DNA of 64,000 nucleotides from an uncultured Armatimonadetes bacterium (lineage in GTDB: Bacteria; Armatimonadota; UBA5829; DTJY01). Below, piece after piece: positions 29,122-38,300 of this stretch. Positions within the stretch are counted from its first letter, which is position 1; each line of letters opens with the position of its first letter. The notes beneath the pieces were generated by a model. It saw nothing but the letters and a program-made list of their open reading frames with translations. It was not told the origin of the DNA and did not search any database. A program made the translations under genes and the position numbers. Where the stretch lies: positions 3,616,001 to 3,680,000 of the forward strand of contig OY970325.1 of assembly GCA_963717145.1 (NCBI GenBank), read 5' to 3'.

Positions 29122-29984
29122 ATGCCTGAAGCAGATGGCGCAAAACAGAAAGATTTCTTCCTGGACATTCCCGTGAAGTCCGAGCCTTTCTTCCTGCGAG
29201 GATGCAACTCGCTCGACTGGGGGCTGAAGAACCGCTTGTCGAATATCTTCAACCCTGAGAGCGGCCGAACCGTCATGCTCGCGATCGACCACGGCTACTT
29301 CCAGGGGCCGACGACCGGCCTCGAGCGCGTGGACGTGAATATCGTGCCGCTCATCCCGTTCGCCGACACGCTGATGCTGACCAGAGGCATCCTGCGAACG
29401 ACCATCCCGCCGAGCTACACGCGGGGGATCGTGCTGCGGGCGAGCGGCGGGCCGAGCATCCTGAAAGAGCTTTCCAACGAGCACATCGCCCTCGATATCG
29501 AGGATGCGATTCGCCTTAACGCGGCGGCGTTGGCGGTCCAGGTATTCATCGGCGGCGAGTACGAGACTCAGTCGGTGCACAATCTGACGCGGCTGGTCGA
29601 CATGGGCAACCGCTACGGGATCGCGACTCTCGCGGTGACGGCGGTCGGCAAGGAGATGGTCCGCGATGCGAGGTACATGCGGCTGGCGACCCGGATCTGC
29701 GCCGAGCTTGGGGCGACTTACGTGAAGACCTACTATGTCGAGGAGGACTTCGATACGGTGGTGGCGTCGTGCCCCGTGCCGATTGTCATTGCCGGCGGGA
29801 AGAAGCTCCCCGAGCTGGATGCGCTCAGGATGGCTTCGAACGCCATTCAGGCGGGCGCTGCGGGGTCGATATGGGCAGGAACATCTTCCAGGCCGAGAAG
29901 CCGATCGCCATGATCCAGGCGGTGCGCCAGGTCGTCCATGAGGGCAAGACTCCCGAGGAAGCGTACGAGAACTACCTGAGGTAA
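29122..29984 (+). CDS. lsrF: LsrF-type thiolase (class I aldolase fold); frameshift near 29865
   Basis: [59 protein letters not shown] in shifted frame; GGAGG RBS. Confidence 0.88.
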
Positions 29985-30128
29985 ATTCGAAGCACGAAAT
30001 CCGAAATTCGAAACAAGCACCCAAAAGGCAAAAGGGCAAATCACAGACCCCACATTCCGAGCGTTTGCTTTTTTGCCGTTTGCCTGATTTGGATTTGTTT
30101 CGAATTTCGAGCTTCGAATTTCGAATTT
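29983..30128. repeat. Nested inverted heptamer repeats (CGAAATY / TTCGAAT; AAAGGCA / TTTGCCT)
   Basis: AAATTCGAAGCACGAAATCCGAAATTCGAAACAA mirrored by TTGTTTCGAATTTCGAGCTTCGAATTTCGAATTT. Confidence 0.75.
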
Positions 30129-30138
30129 GGCAGCCAAG

Positions 30139-30810
30139 ATGCTTACACCCATCGACAAGTTACGCGCCGCCGTGCCCACGCTCACCGTCGGGATACTGAC
30201 GGCCGATCTGCTGAACCTCGGGGCCGAGCTGAAGCTTCTCGAGCAGGCCGGGGTCAAGCTGGTGCACTTCGACGTCATGGACGGCTGTTTCGTCCCGATG
30301 ATGACGGTCGGCCCACCGCTGATCAAGGCGGTCAAGACGCCGCTCCTCAAGGACGTCCACCTGCTCATCCAGGACCCGATCGAGAAGATCGACGCTTACG
30401 TGGCCGCGGGCGCCGATATCATGACTCTTCATGTCGAGTCGGCGGATGATCTGCTGCCGGTCCTTCGCAAGCTCGACGGGCAGGTCGTCCGCGGGATTGC
30501 GATCAACCCTGGGACGGGCATCGAAGCCATCGAGCCGCTCCTGGACGAGGTGGAGATGATCGCCGTTGTGGCGGTCGTGCCGGGAGTCAGCTCGACGTTC
30601 GAGGAGTCCACGCCCGGGCGGCTGGCGAAGGTTCGGGAGATGATTGCCGGGCGGGACATTCTGCTGTGCATCGATGGCGGGATCAAGCGGGACAACATCG
30701 CCGAGGTCGCGAAGTTGGGGGCGGATATCATCGTCACCGGCAGCGCGGTGTTCGATGGCAAGGATCCGCTGGGCAATGCGCGATTCATGCTGGAAGCGGT
30801 GGAGCGATGA
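30139..30810 (+). CDS. rpe: Ribulose-phosphate 3-epimerase family protein
   Basis: HFDVMDGCFVP, DVHL, LHVE, IDGGI, GADIIVTGSAVF. Confidence 0.88.
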   Translation: MLTPIDKLRAAVPTLTVGILTADLLNLGAELKLLEQAGVKLVHFDVMDGCFVPMMTVGPPLIKAVKTPLLKDVHLLIQDPIEKIDAYVAAGADIMTLHVESADDLLPVLRKLDGQVVRGIAINPGTGIEAIEPLLDEVEMIAVVAVVPGVSSTFEESTPGRLAKVREMIAGRDILLCIDGGIKRDNIAEVAKLGADIIVTGSAVFDGKDPLGNARFMLEAVER

Positions 30811-31637
30811 TGCAGGAACCGACATGTACCTATGATCTCAAGAATCGAGTGGCAGTCGTCACCGGCGCGGCCGGAGCAATCGGCGCGGGCATCTGCTCTG
30901 GCCTGCTGAACGCCAACTGCCGGGTCGCGATCACCGATCTCCCCGGCCCGAACCTCGACGGCATGGTGGAGGAGTACAAGACCGCCCTCGGCGAGCGCGT
31001 GATCGGCGTGCCGATGGACGTCACCGACGCGGAGTCGGTTGCCCAGGGGATCGGCCGCGTCAGGGAAGCCTTCGCGCGCATCGACATCGCCGTCCTCAAC
31101 GCCGGGATCGCCCACGTCTCGCCGCTCCGGGACATGGACCTGGAGGCGTTCCGGCGGCTGGAGCGAGTGAACGTCGAGGGGACGCTCCTCGTCCTCGGGG
31201 AGATGGCCCGGCATTTCGAAGCCCAGGGCACGGGCGGCGACATCGTCCTCGTCTCGACGAAGAATGTCTTTGCGCCGGGAGCGAAGTTCGGCGCATACAG
31301 CGCCACTAAGGCCGCCGCTCATCAGCTTGCACGGATTGCGAGCCTCGAGCTGGCCGAGATCGGCGTGCGGGTGAATATGGTGTCGCCGGACGCGGTCTTC
31401 TCCGATGGCGCGCGGAAATCGGGTCTCTGGCAGGAAGTCGGCCCGGACCGGATGAAGGCGCGCGGCCTGGACGAGAAGGGCCTGGAGGAATACTACCAGA
31501 GCCGAAACCTCTTGAAGGCCCAAGTCACCGCCGATCACGTCGCCAACGCGGTGCTCTTCTTCGCGTCCCATCAGACCCCGACCACCGGCGCGACCATCCC
31601 GGTCGACGGCGGCCTCCCGGACGCGACCCCAAGGTAG
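30807..31637 (+). CDS. SDR family oxidoreductase, similar to the dehydrogenase half of bifunctional RhaD-type proteins
   Basis: TGAAGAIG, NAG, STKNVFAPG, YSATK, VNMVSPDAVF, YYQSRNLLK; ATGA overlap with rpe. Confidence 0.88.
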   Translation: MMQEPTCTYDLKNRVAVVTGAAGAIGAGICSGLLNANCRVAITDLPGPNLDGMVEEYKTALGERVIGVPMDVTDAESVAQGIGRVREAFARIDIAVLNAGIAHVSPLRDMDLEAFRRLERVNVEGTLLVLGEMARHFEAQGTGGDIVLVSTKNVFAPGAKFGAYSATKAAAHQLARIASLELAEIGVRVNMVSPDAVFSDGARKSGLWQEVGPDRMKARGLDEKGLEEYYQSRNLLKAQVTADHVANAVLFFASHQTPTTGATIPVDGGLPDATPR

Positions 31638-31643
31638 AAGGAC

Positions 31644-31753
31644 ACCGTCAGTCCTGAGTGCGCCGGTGAATGACGGCGTGTAACGAAGGACGGCCTAGTG
31701 CCACCGTCCTTCGTTACACGCCGTCATTCACCGGCGCACTCAGGACTGACGGT
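31644..31753. repeat. Long palindromic element (CCGTC..GTCCTGAG...CGAAGGACGG family), copy 1
   Basis: Perfect 50-bp inverted repeat with 10-nt spacer. Confidence 0.9.
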
Positions 31754-31778
31754 TTTGGTTTGCGATTGTGCACGGGCC

Positions 31779-31807
31779 TTTACAAATCAGTCCGGCGATA
31801 GTATAAT
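31779..31807 (+). promoter_or_regulatory. sigma70 promoter of tRNA-Val
   Basis: TTTACA-N17-TATAAT. Confidence 0.8.
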
Positions 31808-31822
31808 ACTGCGTACCCACGT

Positions 31823-31897
31823 GGGCGGTTAGTTCAGGGGGAGAACGCCTCGTTGACACCGAGGAGGTCAGTGGTTCAAATCCACTATCGCCCACCA
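31823..31897 (+). tRNA. tRNA-Val(GAC)
   Basis: Acceptor GGGCGGT/ATCGCCC, D arm GTTC/GAAC, anticodon arm CCTCG-TTGACAC-CGAGG, T loop TTCAAAT, encoded CCA. Confidence 0.95.
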
Positions 31898-33688
31898 TTC
31901 CCCATTCACGCATTCCGGCACAGTCGCGCATTTGTACTCCCGATCCTTCCCGAGGCAGGAAACCGCCCGCTCCCCGTTGAACACCTCTGCAAATGAAGAA
32001 CACCCTTTACTACGGGGATAACCTGGAGATCATGCGTGAGCATATCGCGGACGAGTCGGTCGATCTAGTCTACCTCGACCCGCCGTTCAACTCCTCGCGG
32101 GACTACAACGTCCTCTTCAAGCAGGCGAAGATGGAGGAGCACCAGGCACAGATCCTCGCGTTCACAGACACCTGGGAGTGGCACAAGCGCACCTACGATG
32201 ACTTTTTCGACGATCCCCGGAACGCCAAGTTCTTTGACCTGATGGACTCCCTCTTTCGTATGCTCGGCGGCTGCGAGATGATGGCCTACCTTATCATGAT
32301 GGCCCCACGTCTACACGAGCTTCACCGTGTCTTGAAGCCGACGGGTAGCCTCTACCTCCACTGTGACCCCGTCGCAAGTCATTATCTGAAGGTGGTGCTG
32401 GATGCAGTGTTCGGACCTGCGCGGTTTGTCAACGAGATCACCTGGAAGCGCACGAGTAGCCATAACGACAGTAAGAAGTGGATGGCAGTCGCGGACACGA
32501 TCTTCTACTATTCCAAGACCGCGGAGCGTGCCTGGAATCCGCAGTTCCTCGGACACGATCCCACGTATGTGGGTCAGTTCTACAATCGCGAGGACGAGCG
32601 TGGAGTCTTCCGCTTGGATCACATCATACGCTCAGCTACCATGGGCTTACGGCCGAATCTGACTTATGAGTACAAAGGTTTCACTCCGCCGTTTGGCTGG
32701 CGAGTAGTCCGCGAGAAACTCGAGAAGCTTGATGAAGAGGGAAGCATATCCTGGAGCAAGACGGGCCGTCCGTACCTGAAGAGGTATCTGGAGGAGCAGA
32801 AGGGCACTCCAATATCGACGCTCGTTACCGATATTCCACCGATCGGTGCGCAGGCCGCGGAACGCATGGGCTATCCCACTCAGAAGCCGCTTGCACTCCT
32901 GGAACGCATCATCAACGCCTCATCGAACGAAGGGGACATCGTGTTCGACCCCTTCTGCGGTTGCGGTACGGCGGTTGTCGCCGCAGAGAAACTCGGACGA
33001 AAGTGGATCGGCATAGACATCACATACCTCGCGCTCGATCTCATCATTAGCCGTCTTAAAAACGACTTCCAGCTCAAGCGCAATCGGGACTACGACGTTC
33101 ACGGTGATCCGAAGGACGTCTATGCGGCACGCAAGCTGTTCGGCGAGAGCCCGAAGCAGTTCGAGATATGGGCGGTAAGCCTGGTCGAAGGTGTTCCCCA
33201 GCCTGAGAAGAGCGGCGACAGGGGCATCGACGGCAAAGTCTACTTCGGCGACGAGAAGCGGGCGAACCGTTCTGCCGTCTGCCAGGTGAAGGGCGGGCAT
33301 CTTACCCCAAGCCTGATTCGCGACTTCGCGCACGTGATCGAGCGAGAGAAGGCTGCGCTGGGGTACTTCATATCCCTTGAAAAGCCTACTAAGGGCATGT
33401 ACCAGGAGGCCGAAGAACTCGGCGTCTTCAAGTCCCCCAGCGGACGGAAGATACAGAAGCTCCAAATCCTCACCATCAAGGAGCTTCTGGAGGGCAAGGA
33501 GTTCGACTTCCCCAAAGGCTGGTCGGTGCGCAGCGGAGGCAAGAGAATCCTCCGCAAAGGCGAGCAGAAGGACATCGACTTCTAATCCTCATCAACAGAC
33601 CCCCCTCGCCCGAGAGGGCGGTTACCCTTGTCGCGGGGGCCGGCTCATCTTTCTTCAGCCGCTCAACTCCACTATCGCCCACCATTCC
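31881..33688. mobile_element. Minimal tRNA-integrated islet bounded by 21-bp direct repeats (attL/attR-like)
   Basis: TCCACTATCGCCCACCATTCC at 31881-31901 and 33668-33688. Confidence 0.75.
31993..33585 (+). CDS. N6/N4 DNA methyltransferase (beta class) with C-terminal Mrr-like PD-(D/E)xK domain
   Basis: YLDPPFNS precedes YPTQKP and FDPFCGCGT; C-terminal DRGIDG...QVKGG. Confidence 0.9.
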   Translation: MKNTLYYGDNLEIMREHIADESVDLVYLDPPFNSSRDYNVLFKQAKMEEHQAQILAFTDTWEWHKRTYDDFFDDPRNAKFFDLMDSLFRMLGGCEMMAYLIMMAPRLHELHRVLKPTGSLYLHCDPVASHYLKVVLDAVFGPARFVNEITWKRTSSHNDSKKWMAVADTIFYYSKTAERAWNPQFLGHDPTYVGQFYNREDERGVFRLDHIIRSATMGLRPNLTYEYKGFTPPFGWRVVREKLEKLDEEGSISWSKTGRPYLKRYLEEQKGTPISTLVTDIPPIGAQAAERMGYPTQKPLALLERIINASSNEGDIVFDPFCGCGTAVVAAEKLGRKWIGIDITYLALDLIISRLKNDFQLKRNRDYDVHGDPKDVYAARKLFGESPKQFEIWAVSLVEGVPQPEKSGDRGIDGKVYFGDEKRANRSAVCQVKGGHLTPSLIRDFAHVIEREKAALGYFISLEKPTKGMYQEAEELGVFKSPSGRKIQKLQILTIKELLEGKEFDFPKGWSVRSGGKRILRKGEQKDIDF

Positions 33689-33798
33689 ATTACCCCACCA
33701 TTCCATTACCCCATCACTCCTGTAACATTCCCACAAGCGATTTCGTAATAACGGGTAAAGCAGTATCGGTAGTAGTCTGAACAAGGGAGGCATCGGCA

Positions 33799-35370
33799 GT
33801 GAACATCGGACTGGGATGGCTGGGTGTCGGAGTAGGACTTGCCGGTTGTTTGGCAACGTTTTTCATGGCGGCTGCGTCCATCGGACCTCGGGAGGCGCCA
33901 CGGCGCACCCGGCTCGCGATCGGGCTCACGCTTCTTCTCACTATTCTCCTCTGGGCAATCGCAATGAAGCGGCAGCCCCCGTTCTCCGAGGGACAGACGC
34001 TCGGCCTCGGCTTCCTGATCGGCGGCATAACCGGCGCGGCGGCCATCCTTCTATCGGACCGCCTGGCATCCGCTGAGGCCAGGGCGAAAGGCCTCGCCGG
34101 CCACTCGATTGCCTTCCTCGCGCTGTTCGGCGTCTCCCTCACCTACTCGATCTTCCACGGCAACCCGCAGGACGCGCTGATCGGCTTCTCGATCGGAGCA
34201 GCGATGGCGGCGATCCTCGGCAGCTACACCCAGGATTCGGACGCGGCGATCCATATCGAGGCATGGGCGCTCTTCGGGATAACGCTGGCGATCGGAGTCG
34301 TGCTGGCGGTCAGTCACTTCAACGAGTCGCCCGAGCGCACGTGGTGGTCGCTTCCGATTCTCCTCGCGACGACGGTCTGCATCGCGCGATTCGTCGGGAC
34401 GGAGCTGGCCGCCGGGAAGAGATCACCGCAACTGCTCTCGGCGCTGGTCACCGCCCTGATCGTCCTCGGCCTGAGCGCGATATACTCGTGGCGAATCGTC
34501 GCGAACTGGCAACTCCTGGAGGTGGTCGCGCTCGGCATCGGAGTCGCCGCGGTAGTCGCATGGCTGGGAAAGGAACCGCCAGGACGCCAGGGGACGTTAG
34601 GGGATGCGGCGGGGAGGCTGCAGGTGGCCTCATTGCTCATCCTGCTCGTGATGGCGTTCGTGGTCATCTCCTTCAAGCTCTGGTCCGGCCTCGGGATCGC
34701 CCTCGGCCTCATCGCGGCATGGTCAATCTTGGGAGTGGGAGAGTGGGGGAGTGGGAGAGTGGGCGATCCGGATTCACCCGCACTCCCAAACTCCCAAACT
34801 CCCACACTCCCACACTCCCTCTCCCCCCTTCTCTCCCTCGGCCTCGTCATACTTCTCTTCCGCCTGTTCATCGAGCAATACAGGTTCGATCTCCGGGGCG
34901 GCGACTTCCGCATCCACTACACGTTCGTCGGGGCGATGCTGGGAGTCGTGATCCCGTTCCTGTTCGCATCGTCGCTCATGAGGCTCAAGGGCTCGGAGGA
35001 TGACGCCGACCGGAGCGATGTCGGGCTGCTCGCGTCGGTCGGGCTGATCGGCCTGATCGCCGCCGCGACCCCGATCCTCCTGTTCCTGGTCTGGGATGTC
35101 AAGGTCGTGACGGGCTGGATGTTCGGGTCGACCGCCGCCATCGCGTTCTTCTTCATGATGCGCCTGGGGTCGGAGAAGGAGAACGGGCTGCCGGCATCCA
35201 TAGTGCTTCTCGTCGCCGGCGCTCAACTCGTGGCGATCAAGTTCATCCACCCGCTGTCCGAGATCGACCTCACCCGCTCGATCAGGATATGGACGCTGGC
35301 AGTGACAGTGGCGGTCGTCTTGATCGGCCTGGTGATCACCCAGTTCGTCTCCGCGCGCAGGGAAAGGTAG
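33799..35370 (+). CDS. Polytopic membrane protein, first gene of the A2M operon
   Basis: 523 aa, many TM segments, GGGAGG RBS. Confidence 0.75.
   Translation: MNIGLGWLGVGVGLAGCLATFFMAAASIGPREAPRRTRLAIGLTLLLTILLWAIAMKRQPPFSEGQTLGLGFLIGGITGAAAILLSDRLASAEARAKGLAGHSIAFLALFGVSLTYSIFHGNPQDALIGFSIGAAMAAILGSYTQDSDAAIHIEAWALFGITLAIGVVLAVSHFNESPERTWWSLPILLATTVCIARFVGTELAAGKRSPQLLSALVTALIVLGLSAIYSWRIVANWQLLEVVALGIGVAAVVAWLGKEPPGRQGTLGDAAGRLQVASLLILLVMAFVVISFKLWSGLGIALGLIAAWSILGVGEWGSGRVGDPDSPALPNSQTPTLPHSLSPLLSLGLVILLFRLFIEQYRFDLRGGDFRIHYTFVGAMLGVVIPFLFASSLMRLKGSEDDADRSDVGLLASVGLIGLIAAATPILLFLVWDVKVVTGWMFGSTAAIAFFFMMRLGSEKENGLPASIVLLVAGAQLVAIKFIHPLSEIDLTRSIRIWTLAVTVAVVLIGLVITQFVSARRER
34731..34819. repeat. 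Inverted arrays of 8-nt repeats (GGGAGTGG / ACTCCCAM) in frame inside the membrane protein gene
   Basis: Encodes GVGEWGSGRVGDPDSPALPNSQTPTLPHS. Confidence 0.75.
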
Positions 35371-35378
35371 GGACCACG

Positions 35379-38300
35379 ATGGCCGCAAGCCGATTGTTCA
35401 GACTCAATGCGGCGATCCTGGTCGCCGTCGTGTGCATCTTCGCCCTGCTGGCGATCGCGATCAGCCAGGAGACCTCCATCGGCGCGCTCAGGGGGAAGGT
35501 CATCATCCAGGAGAACGGCAACCCGATCTCAGTCCCTGTCCACCTGACCCCGCTGTTCCAGACGGACGGTGGCAGACCCCGTTACGAGACCACGTCCACG
35601 CGGGACGGCTCATTCAGCTTCCGAAACCTCCCCGTGGGCTACTACAAGCTGGAGATCACCGCCAAGGCGCACTATATCAGCCCGGTTGATATCGCCATAT
35701 CGGAGGGCAAGACGACGAACATCGAGGTCGAGCTTGCCCCCGAGCCGCCGAGCCTTGACCTCCTTGTCCACCAGCACATCTTCACGCCCGACGAGCGGCC
35801 ACAGATCACCTGCAAGGGATTCGTCCCCTCGGATGACCTCGCGGTTCGGATCTACCGGGTCGATCTCAACTCCTTCCTGGTGGAATCGAGCGGCGACCTT
35901 CAATCCCTGCTTGGAGGCAGGTCGTACTACGACGAATCCGGACCGCCGGTGATCCTCGACGGCAATCCGGCACTGACGCTGGCCAAGTCGCTCCTCGTGC
36001 CCATCAAGACTCGCGACCTGGAAGGGGTCTTCATCCAGCGCATCAACCTGCCGAGACTCGCGCCCGGCCTTTACGTCACCGAAGTAAACGTCGGCGGCCT
36101 CCAGCGCGTCGACCTGTCAGGGGACAAGGCCGACAACCTCCAGCGGCTCGGCTGGGTGATGGTGACATCGCTCGGCCTGATCACCAAGTCCGCCGGGTCC
36201 GATACCCTCGCGTATACCGTCGATCTCAAAACCGGCGCACCCGTGGCCTCCGCGGATGTCACTATGTACCAGGATTCAAAGGCGGTCGCATCCGGGAAGA
36301 CGGGCGCTGACGGACTGCTGACCCTGCGCCGGTTGGCGACGGCAGGGGGCGAATCCAAATCAACGACCGTGGCGCGAAGTGGGGGTTCCTTCGCTTTCGT
36401 ATCCTCCTGGTTGTACAGTGAGGAACAGGCTGACAAGCTCGTCTACGCCTACACCGACAGGCCGGTGTACAGGCCGGGACAGAAAGTCTTCTTCCGGGGG
36501 ATAGTCCGCCAGATCAAGCAGGACGGCTACAACACTCCGGCTTCGATGCCGGTGACGGTCGAAGTCCGAGACCCCGATGACACGCTGATCTACCGGGCCA
36601 CGAAGCGCACCGACAAGTTCGGCGCGTACTCGGGGGGCTTCCCTCTCAATCCCGAGACGTCGTCCGGATACTACACCCTGGTTTCCACGCCGGGCGGACA
36701 CGGGCAGGGAGAGCCGGTCGGGTTCCAGGTCATGTCGTACCGCAAGCCGGAGTTCAGCGTCAAGGTCGATTTCCCACGCAAGCAGTACGTCCGGGGCGAG
36801 ACGGTTCACGCGAAGGTCTCCGCCACCTACTACTTCGGCGCGCCCGTCGCCAATGCCAAGGTCGCCTGCACCATCCACCGTTCGCCCTACTGGCTCTTCG
36901 ATTCCGAAATGGCGGAGGAATACGAAGAGGACTATGAGGGAGGATACGAGGATTACGGCGGCTACGGCGAGATGGTCAAGGAAGTCGAAGCCCGCACGAA
37001 TTCGAACGGCGAGGCCGAGATCACCTTCCCGGCTGACTGGCCTCAACCCAAGGGCAACGACGCCTGGGACAGCGATCAGCAGTTCACTGTCGAGGCGACC
37101 GTGACAGACGTGAGCAACAGGGAGGCGACCGGAAACGGCTCCGTGGTCGCCACTCGGGGCGATTTCGCGATAGAGGTGCAGTCGGACCGATATGTCGTCG
37201 AACCCGGAGCGTCAGTCGGGGTGTCGATCAGGGCGGTGGACTATGACAAGCACCCGATGAAGAACCAGGACATCACGGTGCAGATCGGATACCAGAACTG
37301 GACCGACAAGGGCGAATCCAAGTTCGATGAGATACGCGAGGAACGGCTGACGACCGACAGCTCCGGCGTGACGCACATGAGCGTCAAGGCTGCGAAGCCC
37401 GGCGAGCTTCAGGTCATCGCCAAGTCGCGCGACCGGCGCGGGAACCACATCGTGTCCTCGGCCGGGGTCTGGGCATACAGCGGCGCATATGAATACGAAT
37501 ACGGAAGCGCCCGATTCCCCGATCTGCAGATCGTAACCGACAAGAAGACCTACGATCCGGGCGATACCGCGACGGTCCTCATCAATACGAAGACTCCGGG
37601 CGCAACCGCCCTGGTCACCATCGAAGGCAGCCGGGTGTACGACCGCATGACTGTGCGGCTCAAGGGCAAGACGACGATGGTCCGGATCCCTGTGAAGAGC
37701 GAGTACAAGCCGAACTTCTACATCGGCGTCTGCTTCGTCAAGAACAAGGGGTTCACCGAGCAGCAGGCGCGGGCGAAGGTCACCCTGAACGCTCAGTCGC
37801 TCAACATCAAGGTGCAGCCCGACAAGCCGAAGTATCGCCCAGGGGAGAAGGCCACGTACAAGATCAAGGTGACCGACGGGAGCGGCAAGCCGGTGGTGGC
37901 ACAGCTCTCGGTCGGCGTCGTCGACGAGGCGATCTATGCAATCGCGGAGGACAGGACCGACCCGATCCTCGACTTCTTCTATTCGCGCCGGTACAACCAG
38001 GTGCAGACCAGCTTCTCCTTCCCGGAGATCTACCTCAGCGATCCCGACAAGGCCGGCGCGCCCGCGGTGAGTAAGCCGGTACGCGTCCGTAAGCGGTTCG
38101 TCGATACGGCGTTCTGGACTGCGACTGTCGTGACCGATGCCGCTGGTGAGGCGACCGTGAGCTTCACGATGCCCGACAACCTGACGACGTGGCGCACGAC
38201 GGTTCGCGGGATCACCGCCGAGACGTCGTGCGGCCAGACGACCGGCAGCGTGCTCGCCCGCCAGGACTTCCTCGTGCGCCTTGAGATGCCGAGGTTCCTG

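Noticed and set aside
31644-31753. Hammerhead ribozyme (CTGA...GAA)
   Set aside because: Core CUGANGA and GAAA are not present; better explained as a palindromic repeat with tandem GA
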